NCBI GenBank assembly: GCA_045863295.1 | Contig: BTWA01000004.1 | Span: forward strand, 128,001 to 192,000 | Length of the DNA stretch: 64,000 bases | Direction: 5' to 3' | DNA from: Candidatus Hydrogenedentota bacterium | Lineage (GTDB): Bacteria > Hydrogenedentota > Hydrogenedentia > Hydrogenedentales > SLHB01 | Part shown: piece by piece, positions 29,032-38,177 of the stretch | How positions within the stretch are numbered: the first letter of the stretch is position 1 | How the letters are laid out: each line of letters opens with the position of its first letter | The notes under the pieces: model-generated | Seen by the model: only the letters and a program-made list of their open reading frames with translations | Databases searched by the model: none | What the model was told of the DNA's origin: nothing | Made by a program: the position numbers and the translations under genes

Positions 29032-29281
29032 AAGCTGGTCCTCGGTCTCCCTCTCTTCGCGGTGGGCACGCTCTGGAGCGTTCCATTGCCGGCCCGATAC
29101 TGCTGGCGGACAGCAGCCGGAACAATCCAGCGCACACCGTTGGATACTTGAGACTGGGGGCAAACCCGACTACCGCGTGCCGGGACAGTGACGCCCCGGG
29201 GCTTGCCCTTAACGAACCTGCCATGCCGGTAGAGGCGTATCGGACTACGCGTCCCCCTGCCCACCGGCTGGCGAAGGGGGC

Positions 29282-29311
29282 ACAATACCAAACGGGTTTT
29301 GGGCATGTCAA
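29282..29311 (-). promoter_or_regulatory. Sigma70 promoter upstream of the rlpA-like gene (long leader)
   Basis: TTGACA-N18-TATTGT with an extended TG. Confidence 0.6.
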
Positions 29312-29341
29312 CCCGTGAACGGCGTCACGACTTCACAGTAT

Positions 29342-30778
29342 TTACACGGTGGTACGCGCGCCAAAGCGGCCCTTCACCATGTCGTAGATGCCGCCAAAGG
29401 CTCCGTTACTGAGAAACAGTACGACATCTCCCGGAAGGACATCGCATTCCAACACAGCCACAATATCTTCCACACGGTCCGAGGTGCCCGCCTGTAACCC
29501 TTTTTCCTGCAATGCGTTAACGACTTCGCTCTTTACCAGCCTCTCGGATTCCGGAATGCGGTCCGCACGGTATATCGGACCAAGCCAGACCCGATCGGCT
29601 TGTTCGAAAGACTCGGCGAGGTCGGCTTGGAATGCCTTGGTGACCGTGGTATTGGATCGCGGCTCAAATAAGACCCAAAGCCTTCGGTCTGGCCAGCGGC
29701 TCTTGGCGGCCTTGATGGTTTCGCGGATCGCCGTCGGGTGGTGGGCGAAATCGTCGACGAAGACAATGTCATTGGCCTCCAGGAAGATTTCCATTCGCCG
29801 CTTGACGCCTTTGAACTGGCGGATTGCCGCGCGAATTGCATCCGGATCCGCTCCCAGGAGGGTTGCCACGGCAATCGCCGCGAGCGCGTTCTGCGCGTTG
29901 TGTTGACCCGCCAGCGGCACATGGAATTCGCCCAGAGGCTCGCCTTCATAGGTCACTTGCATGCATTGGAAGCTGTCTTCGTGCCCGCCACCGTTCCACC
30001 GCACCGTGGAATTCTCGGCAAACCCGTAAGTCAATACGTTGCACGGCGCGTGCTCGCGCAGAGACAAAGCCCGGGGATTGTCCGCGCAGGTAACGAGATG
30101 GCCACCCCGCCGGATCTGGCGTAACATGCGGATGAACGCGGTTTGGATTTCCTCGACATTGGGGTAAATGTCGCCGTGGTCGAACTCGATGGACGTGACC
30201 ACGGCAATATCGGGAATGTAATGGAAAAACTTCGCCCTCTTGTCGAAGAAGGCCGTGTCGTATTCATCGCCCTCAATAACAAAAGGCGCCCCCGGCGAAC
30301 CGATCCGGGCGGAGTGCTCGAAATCGAGCGGTTGCCCGCCGATGAAGTAGCCGGGGCTCAAACCACATTGATCGAGCACGAACGCCGTAAGCGCCGTAGT
30401 CGTCGTCTTGCCGTGGGTGCCGCAGATGGCCACCGGCCTCCGCGCACGCAATACAGCATCCTTCATCCACTCCGCGAGGCTCACGTAGTGAAGACCATGG
30501 TCCAAGGCGGCCTCCACCTCCGGATTCCCCCGGCTGAGCGCGTTACCGAGAACCACAATATCGGGGTCCCAGGACAGGTTCTCGGCGGCGTACGTCACGG
30601 CAACGGGCACGCCGAGGGCAGCCACCATCGTGGAGGTAGGCGGATACAGCGGATTATCGCTCCCGCGGACTTCCCAGCCAGCCTGCACAGCGAGTCGTGC
30701 GCCGGCGACCATGCCAGTTCCGCCAATACCGCTGAAGTGGACTTTTGGGCGTGTGCCCGGAGAAAGAATGGGAATCAT
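29342..30778 (-). CDS. mpl: Murein peptide ligase (Mpl/MurC family)
   Basis: GIGGTGM, GSDNPLYPP, GNALSRGN, GTHGKTTT, EGDEYDTAFFDK, DDFAHHPTAI, FEPRSNT, SNGAFGG. Confidence 0.92.
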   Translation of the reverse strand: MIPILSPGTRPKVHFSGIGGTGMVAGARLAVQAGWEVRGSDNPLYPPTSTMVAALGVPVAVTYAAENLSWDPDIVVLGNALSRGNPEVEAALDHGLHYVSLAEWMKDAVLRARRPVAICGTHGKTTTTALTAFVLDQCGLSPGYFIGGQPLDFEHSARIGSPGAPFVIEGDEYDTAFFDKRAKFFHYIPDIAVVTSIEFDHGDIYPNVEEIQTAFIRMLRQIRRGGHLVTCADNPRALSLREHAPCNVLTYGFAENSTVRWNGGGHEDSFQCMQVTYEGEPLGEFHVPLAGQHNAQNALAAIAVATLLGADPDAIRAAIRQFKGVKRRMEIFLEANDIVFVDDFAHHPTAIRETIKAAKSRWPDRRLWVLFEPRSNTTVTKAFQADLAESFEQADRVWLGPIYRADRIPESERLVKSEVVNALQEKGLQAGTSDRVEDIVAVLECDVLPGDVVLFLSNGAFGGIYDMVKGRFGARTTV

Positions 30779-31041
30779 AGGTCTAAAACGCCTCCCCTGC
30801 GGATCATAGCGGTATTAGACCAGAAAGGGGGTAGCCGATGAAATGGAGGCCTGGTATTCAACTGAGGTGGGTGCCAATCACGTTGTCTATTTGGGGTGAT
30901 ATTCGGGTTTTCTGAGGAAGTCAGCCCCGCGCGCCCACGGATTTGACGGACAAGTGCAATCGTGGTATTTTTCACGAATATGCGGTATAATGTGGGCAAG
31001 CCGATAGGTTTGGCGAACGGTTCAGCAAGGACGAATACAGC

Positions 31042-31099
31042 TTGACCCAATTGCACGGCAGGCATATAATCGATTGAACGGGTGTTCACTATGCTGAAC
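31042..31099 (+). promoter_or_regulatory. Sigma70 promoter with a candidate operator for the DtxR-feo operon
   Basis: TTGACC-N17-TATAAT (31042-31070); TGAAC/GTTCA half-sites at 31075, 31084 and 31095. Confidence 0.65.
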
Positions 31100-31113
31100 A
31101 AGGATACCGGCCA

Positions 31114-31674
31114 ATGACTCAGCCGATAAACGACAGTTCTTACTGGCGCGAATTCGAGAAGAACGACATCACACACTCGGCGGCGCACTATTTAATGGTG
31201 ATTGATGCGTTGCGCGCCGAGTTCGGGTATGCACGCGTGACGGATGTGGCGGAAATGCTGGAGATTTCGCGCGGCGCGGCGTCGATGTCGATATCTCAGT
31301 TGAAGAAACGCGGCTGGGTGACGGAAGACCCACATCGATTTCTGCTCTTGACCGACGAAGGCGCGATGATGGCGAAGTTGGTGGAGCAAAATTTTCGGAT
31401 TTTATCGAAGTTTTTCCAGGAAGTGCTTTGTGTTTCCAGGGAAATCGCCTTGGGTGACGCCTGCAAGATGGAGCACCTGATGAGCTTGGAAACCGGACGA
31501 CGGCTGGTTTGGTTCATGCGCTACATTCTGGACGACGAATCGCGGGCGGCCACGCTGCAAGAAGTGATGAAGCGGTTTAAGCCGGAATGCGATAAGCCTT
31601 CGGAATGCCCGGTGTGTCACGGGGAAGGCTGTTTGAACATGTTGGAAGAGCCAACCGCAGCGAAGAACGAGTAA
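31114..31674 (+). CDS. DtxR/MntR-family metal-dependent repressor with a Cys-rich tail
   Basis: HSAAHYL, GYARVTDVAEML (HTH), DACKMEHL, C-terminal ECDKPSECPVCHGEGC. Confidence 0.93.
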   Translation: MTQPINDSSYWREFEKNDITHSAAHYLMVIDALRAEFGYARVTDVAEMLEISRGAASMSISQLKKRGWVTEDPHRFLLLTDEGAMMAKLVEQNFRILSKFFQEVLCVSREIALGDACKMEHLMSLETGRRLVWFMRYILDDESRAATLQEVMKRFKPECDKPSECPVCHGEGCLNMLEEPTAAKNE

Positions 31675-31776
31675 GGTATTTCCCACCTGGATCGGACGAG
31701 GGGGAATTGTCCGGTCGACAGGGGACAGCATAGCCGGCTTTCGGGCCGAAGAACAGGTTTGATAGGAACGGAAGTG

Positions 31777-32082
31777 ATGCACGATAGCGAGCGGACACTT
31801 ACGGAGTGTCAAACGGGGGACGAGGTAGACATTGTTCGGTACGCGACGGAGACGCCTTTGTGCGGCCGGTTGCGGGAATTGGGCCTTTCTCCAGGGCACG
31901 TGGTTCGCGTAGCCCGGGCGGGCAGCCCAATGATTGTCGAAGTGGGTGCGAGTCGGCTTTGCCTTCGAGGCGCCGATGCCTCTCAACTGGTGGTGCGTCC
32001 CCGTCAATCCGTTTATGAAGCGGTTTATACATATGCGGAGTTTGGCGCGGAACGTGCCCTGAAAAGCGCGGATCCCGCCTGA
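31777..32082 (+). CDS. feoA: Ferrous iron transport protein A
   Basis: RLRELGLSPG..V.V...GSPMIVEV. Confidence 0.88.
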   Translation: MHDSERTLTECQTGDEVDIVRYATETPLCGRLRELGLSPGHVVRVARAGSPMIVEVGASRLCLRGADASQLVVRPRQSVYEAVYTYAEFGAERALKSADPA

Positions 32083-32108
32083 AGGGCTGAACGCCCACGT
32101 GGCTTGGC

Positions 32109-32333
32109 ATGCGGACGCTAGAACAACTAAAACCCGGCGATCATGGCGTGGTAGCGGGGCTCTTGGGCGACAGTGCCGTGCACCAGCGGATTCAGGAAAT
32201 GGGTGTCATCGAGGGAGCCGAGGTTGAAGTCGTCCGAATGGCGCCGTTGGGAGATCCCATGGAGATCCGCGTGCAGGGGTATCACTTGTCATTGCGCCGC
32301 AAGGAAGCTGCCATGGTGCAGCTTCAAGACTGA
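32109..32333 (+). CDS. feoA: Ferrous iron transport protein A
   Basis: EMGVIEGAEVEVVRMAPLGDP...GYHLSLRRKEA. Confidence 0.95.
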   Translation: MRTLEQLKPGDHGVVAGLLGDSAVHQRIQEMGVIEGAEVEVVRMAPLGDPMEIRVQGYHLSLRRKEAAMVQLQD

Positions 32334-32348
32334 ATCTTCATACCTATC

Positions 32349-34571
32349 ATGACGCATGCCGCCGAAATATCCGCCCGTGACATAGTCATCGCAGTCGTCG
32401 GAAATCCCAATGTCGGTAAAACCACGCTCTTCAATTCCTTGACCGGTCTTAGTCAAAGCACCGGCAATTATCCCGGAGTCACGGTGGAGCGTAAGTCCGG
32501 CACTCTTGAGTTAAGCCATGCGCGGGCAACGTTGATCGACCTTCCCGGAACATACAGTCTCGCGGCCCGCTCTCCGGACGAAATCCTCGTTATCGATGTC
32601 TTGTTGGGCCAAATGCCGGGGGAGCGCGACATCACCGCCATTCTCGCGGTGGTGGATGCTACCAACCTCGAACGAAATCTCTATCTGGTGTCTCAGCTCA
32701 AAGAGCTTGGCAAGCCCATGGTCATTGCCTTGAACATGATGGATCTTGCCGAAAAGATGCGGCTGGTGGTGCAACCCCAAAAGCTCTCGGAGGCCTTGGG
32801 CATGCCCGTGGTGCCGATCTGCGCGCACAAGCGGGTGGGCTATGACGCCCTGCGCGAAGCCTTGACGGCTACAATAACCAGCGGCTCCTTGGATCCGGAC
32901 AAGCGGCCGGTCTATCCAGAAAAACTGGGGGCGGCGGTCGACTCGTTGTGGGAATCCCTGAACGCGCGTTCGCACGAATTGGGCCGCAGCATCCAACGGC
33001 CCGAAGCGTTTCGCGTGCTCGTGGATCGCGACGGGTATGCGGAACAACGCATCGGCAAGAAATTGGCCGGAGCGTTGAAGCCAATCCTGGAAGATCACCG
33101 CAAACGTGCTTCCGAAAATGGGCCGTCCTTGCATGCGATCGAAGCCAAGAGCCGGTATGCGTGGGTGCGAGAGGCGGTGGCGGCGGGCTTGGAACGTCCG
33201 CGCGAACGGATTATTACGTCGTCGGATCGGCTTGATTCGATTGTGACGCATAAGGTGTATGGCACGGTTCTATTCGTTGTCATCATGGCCATTGTGTTTC
33301 AGTCCATTTACCAGTGGGCCGGTCCATTGATGGATTTGATAGACGGGGGGCTGGGCTGGCTGGGCAAGCGCGCGGGATCGGTTCTTCCAGAAGGTGCGCT
33401 TCAGAGTCTGGTGGTAGATGGCATTTTCGGCGGCGTCGCCGCGGTAGTCGTGTTTCTGCCGCAGATTCTCATTTTGTCGTTGTTTATCGCGCTTCTGGAA
33501 GACTGCGGTTACATGGCGCGGGCCGCGTTTCTCATGGATCGGCTATTGAGCCGGTGCGGTCTTTCGGGGCAGTCGTTCATCCCCTTGCTGTCCAGTTTCG
33601 CGTGTGCGATTCCCGGTGTGATGGCCACGCGCACCATCGCGAACCGGCGGGATCGGTTTGCAACAATTCTGGTGGCGCCGCTGATGAGTTGCTCGGCGAG
33701 ATTGCCGGTGTACATCATTATGATTGGCGCGTTCGTACCGGATCGCACTGTTTTGGGTGGCGTGGTCAATGTACAGGGCCTGACGCTATTCCTGATGTAT
33801 TGCCTGGGTGTGGCGATCGCGATACCAGTGGCCTGGTTGTTGAAGAAGACCCTTCTCAAGGGCGACCCGCCACCATTCGTGCTGGAATTGCCATCGTATA
33901 AAACACCGCAAGTGGGCACCGTGGCGCGCAAGGTATGGAGGCAGGGCATGGAGTTTTTGAAGCGCGCCGGTACGCTCATCTTCGCAATTACGATCATCGT
34001 GTGGGCTTTGGCGTATTTCCCGCGATCGGAATCGATTTCCGAGTCCTTTGACGCGCAACGTGAGGCCGCCACGGCCGCGGCCATGAACGAAACGGACCTC
34101 GCGGAACAGTTGGCGAACCTGGACAACGAGGAAGCCAGCGCACACGTGGAGAACAGTTACTTCGCACGCATGGGCCACGCTATTGAACCCGTTGTCAGGC
34201 CGCTGGGTTGGGACTGGCGAATTGGCATGGCGACAATCGCATCGTTTCCCGCACGTGAAATCATCGTCGCCACATTGGGTACCATATTTAAACTGGGTTC
34301 GGACGTTTCAGAGGAAGACGAAGTGCTGCGCAATGCGCTTAGAGAGGCAACGCGCGCGGACGGCTCCCCGTTGTTCACATTGCCCGTGGCCCTGTCTGTC
34401 ATGGTCTTCTTCGCGCTCTGCTGCCAATGCGGCGCCACGCTGGTGGTCATTCGGCGGGAAACGCAATCGTGGCGGTGGCCGGCATTTACGTTTGCGTACA
34501 TGACTGCGCTGGCGTACGTGGCAGCGCTCGTGGTATATCAGGCAGGCACGGCCGCAGGATTGGGAGGCTGA
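32349..34571 (+). CDS. feoB: Ferrous iron transport protein B
   Basis: GNPNVGKT, NYPGVTVE, DLPGTYSL, LEDCGYMAR, MSCSARLP, FVLELP. Confidence 0.98.
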   Translation: MTHAAEISARDIVIAVVGNPNVGKTTLFNSLTGLSQSTGNYPGVTVERKSGTLELSHARATLIDLPGTYSLAARSPDEILVIDVLLGQMPGERDITAILAVVDATNLERNLYLVSQLKELGKPMVIALNMMDLAEKMRLVVQPQKLSEALGMPVVPICAHKRVGYDALREALTATITSGSLDPDKRPVYPEKLGAAVDSLWESLNARSHELGRSIQRPEAFRVLVDRDGYAEQRIGKKLAGALKPILEDHRKRASENGPSLHAIEAKSRYAWVREAVAAGLERPRERIITSSDRLDSIVTHKVYGTVLFVVIMAIVFQSIYQWAGPLMDLIDGGLGWLGKRAGSVLPEGALQSLVVDGIFGGVAAVVVFLPQILILSLFIALLEDCGYMARAAFLMDRLLSRCGLSGQSFIPLLSSFACAIPGVMATRTIANRRDRFATILVAPLMSCSARLPVYIIMIGAFVPDRTVLGGVVNVQGLTLFLMYCLGVAIAIPVAWLLKKTLLKGDPPPFVLELPSYKTPQVGTVARKVWRQGMEFLKRAGTLIFAITIIVWALAYFPRSESISESFDAQREAATAAAMNETDLAEQLANLDNEEASAHVENSYFARMGHAIEPVVRPLGWDWRIGMATIASFPAREIIVATLGTIFKLGSDVSEEDEVLRNALREATRADGSPLFTLPVALSVMVFFALCCQCGATLVVIRRETQSWRWPAFTFAYMTALAYVAALVVYQAGTAAGLGG

Positions 34572-34575
34572 TCGC

Positions 34576-34719
34576 ATGGACTTCCAAACCATCCTCGCTT
34601 TCGGTGTCGTAGCCGCTTGCGCGGCGTTTTTGATTCGCCATTGGATCCGGCAATGGACGGGCAAGGGACACGCCTGCGGCGGGTGCGGCGGCCACTGCGG
34701 CGACGCGAAGTCCAATTAG
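34576..34719 (+). CDS. FeoB-associated Cys-rich small membrane protein (47 aa)
   Basis: Manual translation MDFQTILAFGVVAACAAFLIRHWIRQWTGKGHACGGCGGHCGDAKSN; GGAGG RBS; below the ORF-track cutoff. Confidence 0.85.
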   Translation: MDFQTILAFGVVAACAAFLIRHWIRQWTGKGHACGGCGGHCGDAKSN

Positions 34720-34728
34720 GCGGCCCCG

Positions 34729-35331
34729 TCACCCGAGCCGGATGCGCCCTTGAAGTGCGTGGGACAACGTCGCGCTGTCCGCATATTCCACACCACCGCC
34801 CATCGGCACCCCGTGGGCGATGCGGCTGACGAAAACATTCAGCGGCGTCAACAACCGGGTCAAATACAACGCAGTCGCCTCGCCTTCCGCTGTCGCATTC
34901 GTGGCCAGAATGACTTCGTCAATGCCTCCCGCTTTCACACGCTTTACTAATCGGTCGATGGTCAATTCGTCCGGTCCGGTTCCTTCCAGCGGGTTCAATG
35001 CGCCGTGCAACACGTGATACAGGCCCCTGTATCCACCGCCTTTTTCAATCGCGAGCACAGCCGCAGGGTGTTCAACCACGCAAATCAGGGCGCTGTCGCG
35101 TGTGGCGCTGCGGCAGATGGCGCACGGATCGCCATCGGTCAAATTGGCGCACACGGAACATGTCGTGACGCGTGCGCGCGCTTCCCGAAGGGCCGCGCTC
35201 ATGGCTTCCGCATCGGCGGCAGGCGCGCTCAGAAGATGCAGCACATACCGTTCGGCGGATCGCTTGCCCACTCCGGGCAGTTTCCGGAACGATTCGATCA
35301 GACGTTCTACGGAAGGCGATTCAAAAATCAT
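34729..35331 (-). CDS. recR: Recombination mediator RecR
   Basis: LPGVGKRSAER, CSVC..CAIC Zn finger, ICVVE, YHVLHG, EGEATA. Confidence 0.97.
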   Translation of the reverse strand: MIFESPSVERLIESFRKLPGVGKRSAERYVLHLLSAPAADAEAMSAALREARARVTTCSVCANLTDGDPCAICRSATRDSALICVVEHPAAVLAIEKGGGYRGLYHVLHGALNPLEGTGPDELTIDRLVKRVKAGGIDEVILATNATAEGEATALYLTRLLTPLNVFVSRIAHGVPMGGGVEYADSATLSHALQGRIRLG

Positions 35332-35389
35332 GACACAATACCCGTTGCAATCCCACTGGTTTTCCAAATCTCATTGTACGGGAAGGGAG

Positions 35390-35935
35390 TCATGCCCCGC
35401 CCTGTTCAAGCGCCACCTTGCCTGCGCGGCTAAGGCGGACCAGTTGCGTGGCCACCTCGTCAATGCGCTCGAGTATGGCCGGGGTGACAACACGCCCGTT
35501 CTCGACATCCGTTTCGAGGGCGTAGACAAACCGGGGAACAATAAGTGTGCGGAAGTCGAGCATGAGGCTGTTGGCAAGTCCCATGACGGCCATGTAACTG
35601 GATCGTCCGCCTGCGGCACACAAAAACGCGACCGTCTGGTTACGCCATGCATCCCCGGCAAGTTCTACCAGATTCTTCGCGGCCGAGCCGGCGCTGAAGT
35701 TGTACACAGGCACGGCAAATACCACGCCCTGGGCTTGGGCGATCCGTTGTTTCACGTCGGCCACTTCGGGATGAGCATAACTGTAGGAACCGTCGCACAA
35801 TGGGAGAGCATAATCGCGCAAATCCATCCAATCGGCGTGGTGGCCATGGCGGTCCAGCGCCGCCAAGGCGGCCCGGGCCAGGACTCTGCTGCGGCTATCG
35901 GGATTCAGACTGGAACTGATTACTAGAAACGACAT
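35390..35935 (-). CDS. NADPH-dependent FMN reductase
   Basis: SSSLNPDSRSR, DLRD, PVYNF...KN, AAGGRSSY. Confidence 0.9.
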   Translation of the reverse strand: MSFLVISSSLNPDSRSRVLARAALAALDRHGHHADWMDLRDYALPLCDGSYSYAHPEVADVKQRIAQAQGVVFAVPVYNFSAGSAAKNLVELAGDAWRNQTVAFLCAAGGRSSYMAVMGLANSLMLDFRTLIVPRFVYALETDVENGRVVTPAILERIDEVATQLVRLSRAGKVALEQGGA

Positions 35936-36026
35936 TCGCGGACTCAATCGTGTATTTGCTGCCGATCCACTTCTGGAATAGTACCCTAAAACCCCTCGAC
36001 GTTGCCTTTTTGTTCCCGTAAATGAA

Positions 36027-36054
36027 AAAGCCGGCTGGCAAGCCAGCCGGCTTT
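36027..36054 (-). terminator. Terminator ending the polysaccharide operon
   Basis: AAAGCCGGCTGGC/GCCAGCCGGCTTT stem with a T-run on the minus strand. Confidence 0.8.
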
Positions 36055-36078
36055 CCGAATGTTCGGGCTCGATCCACG

Positions 36079-38070
36079 TCAGATGCGCTTGTACACCGCT
36101 TTCGGGATCAACTGTTTGCGGTCCGTCAACACGGCTCCAAGTACGCGCCCCTTGGCTTCAGCCAGGGTTTCCATGGATCGCATGACCACTTCGCGGCGGG
36201 TGCTGTCTGTCTTGACAACAACGATCATGCCGTCTGCATGACGCACGAGATTCACCGCGTCGTGCGAGCTAAGCACCGGCGGAACGTGGAAAATGATGCG
36301 CTTGAAGCGGCCCCTCAGGTCGGCAATAACTTCGCGCATCCGCTCCGAATTCCAGAGGTACACGGGGCAGTCTTTCTGGGTGCCGCGCGACATGACGTAG
36401 AGGTCGCCGATGGTCGTAACGACGTCTTGCGCCTGGGCCTCGCCGAGGACAACATCCAGGAGCCCTCGGCCGCTCGCGGCTTCAGGTATGGCCGCGCCGT
36501 CAAAGTCGATGAGCAGAACGTGCCCATCGGGATCGCCTGCCGCGGCGTCCGCAAGAGTGCGGGCCACCTGGTGAGAGTTTTCACCGCCGATGGAACTGGC
36601 CACGCCGATGAATTGCAGCGGCTGATCCGAGTACAGCGCCTCGAGAATCGAGTTGAGTCGCTGGGCTTCCCTGTCATCGAGTTTGGTTCCACTGCTGCCA
36701 AAGAAGGATGCCAGCGGCGCGACGTTGAAGAAGTGTTCGACATCTTCCGGCGTCTTGATGCCGTGATCAAGGTATTCCAGAAAAAACGCCAGCGCGATAC
36801 CGCCCACGACACCAGCCATGATGCCGATGATCATGTTGAACGCCTTGCGGGGGCGAATGGGAGACGTGGGCGTGCTGGCATTTTGCACGACGCGTACGTT
36901 CTCGACACTCTGCTCCAAGAGGCCGTTCATGACGCTGGTTTCTTTTACCTTATTGGAGAAGAACTCGTACTCTTCAGCGCGCAGCTCCACCTGCTTCTGC
37001 AGAATATCGTGTTCATCGATGATTTCCGCCAAGGCTTTGCGCCTCTCTTCGACGGTCTTTTTCTGTTCGCCAATTCTCTGGCGCTCTTTCTCCAACGACG
37101 TCAGCAGGTTTGATTCGGCTTTTTCGATCTGATTGACGAGGCCCAAGAGTTCCGGGTGATCCTTACCCTTGGCCGTTGCCGTTTCATTACGTTGATTAAC
37201 GAGTCGCAGCAGTTGCAGGCGTTGTTCCGTGATGACTGTGCTGTCGGTTTCCCTGGAAAGTGTGGCGATGGGATCTTTCTCCAGATTTTCGCCAATTTCC
37301 TTCAATTGGATTTCGGAACGCAACAGACTGGAGTACTGTTCAGTAAGCAGTTCGTTTTCAATCTCGATCTCATACACATTCTTCGTTTCACGGAACGTTT
37401 TTAGGGCCCCTTGGGCGGCCTTCCACTTATTCTCGGAATCGACGAGTTTGTCGTTGAAATACTGAATAGCCTTCGGGCCCACGCTGTAGATTTCTTTGCG
37501 GCGATACTCCCGATACTGCGCCAACGTCTCCGTCAGAACATCCCGGGAAATTTTCGGGGTACCCAGCCTGCACAGCACTTCCAACGTGAATGAGTCCTTG
37601 ATCGGACGCACGACGATGGCAGCACGGAGCACTTGAATCCCGGCTTGAATCTGGGCCTCTTCATCGCTAACGCCAACCGCACTCTTCAGTCCGGACACGA
37701 CCGACTGAGCCGCATTCATGAGCGAACGTACGGGTCCAGTGCGGCCGGCCGTCAGAGATTCGAGTCCCATTTTCTTGACGACAGCTCCGAGCACGTCGTT
37801 GCTGAAAATAATCTGAATTTCGGAATTGATATCGAACTCGTTCATGGTCACCACGGCGGTCCCATTCTCTTGAATGACCGTGGGCTGCACGGAACTGCTT
37901 TCCGCACCTCGCACGAGTTGGATCTTCGCCTGGGACTCGTAGGTCTCGGGCCAAATGATGTTGCCCACGAAGACCCCGAGGATAACGATCACGGCGAAGC
38001 CAATGATCTGGACCTTACGTTTGAACAAAACCGTAAGGATGTCCCTCAGGTAGATTTGCCTTTGCTCCAT
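36079..38070 (-). CDS. Polysaccharide co-polymerase (Wzc/GumC-like) with a degenerate BY-kinase domain
   Basis: LRDILTVLFKRK, two TMs flanking a coiled coil, PTSPIRP; C-terminal CpsD-like fold. Confidence 0.9.
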   Translation of the reverse strand: MEQRQIYLRDILTVLFKRKVQIIGFAVIVILGVFVGNIIWPETYESQAKIQLVRGAESSSVQPTVIQENGTAVVTMNEFDINSEIQIIFSNDVLGAVVKKMGLESLTAGRTGPVRSLMNAAQSVVSGLKSAVGVSDEEAQIQAGIQVLRAAIVVRPIKDSFTLEVLCRLGTPKISRDVLTETLAQYREYRRKEIYSVGPKAIQYFNDKLVDSENKWKAAQGALKTFRETKNVYEIEIENELLTEQYSSLLRSEIQLKEIGENLEKDPIATLSRETDSTVITEQRLQLLRLVNQRNETATAKGKDHPELLGLVNQIEKAESNLLTSLEKERQRIGEQKKTVEERRKALAEIIDEHDILQKQVELRAEEYEFFSNKVKETSVMNGLLEQSVENVRVVQNASTPTSPIRPRKAFNMIIGIMAGVVGGIALAFFLEYLDHGIKTPEDVEHFFNVAPLASFFGSSGTKLDDREAQRLNSILEALYSDQPLQFIGVASSIGGENSHQVARTLADAAAGDPDGHVLLIDFDGAAIPEAASGRGLLDVVLGEAQAQDVVTTIGDLYVMSRGTQKDCPVYLWNSERMREVIADLRGRFKRIIFHVPPVLSSHDAVNLVRHADGMIVVVKTDSTRREVVMRSMETLAEAKGRVLGAVLTDRKQLIPKAVYKRI

Positions 38071-38177
38071 TGTACGTTCCTCTTTGGCTAGCGCGGCGGG
38101 GGGCATTGCCCCCCTGCCGCGTTGCGTGTCAGTCGTTCAACTATACCGATTGGTCATCTCGAACGAAACCCGCTCGA

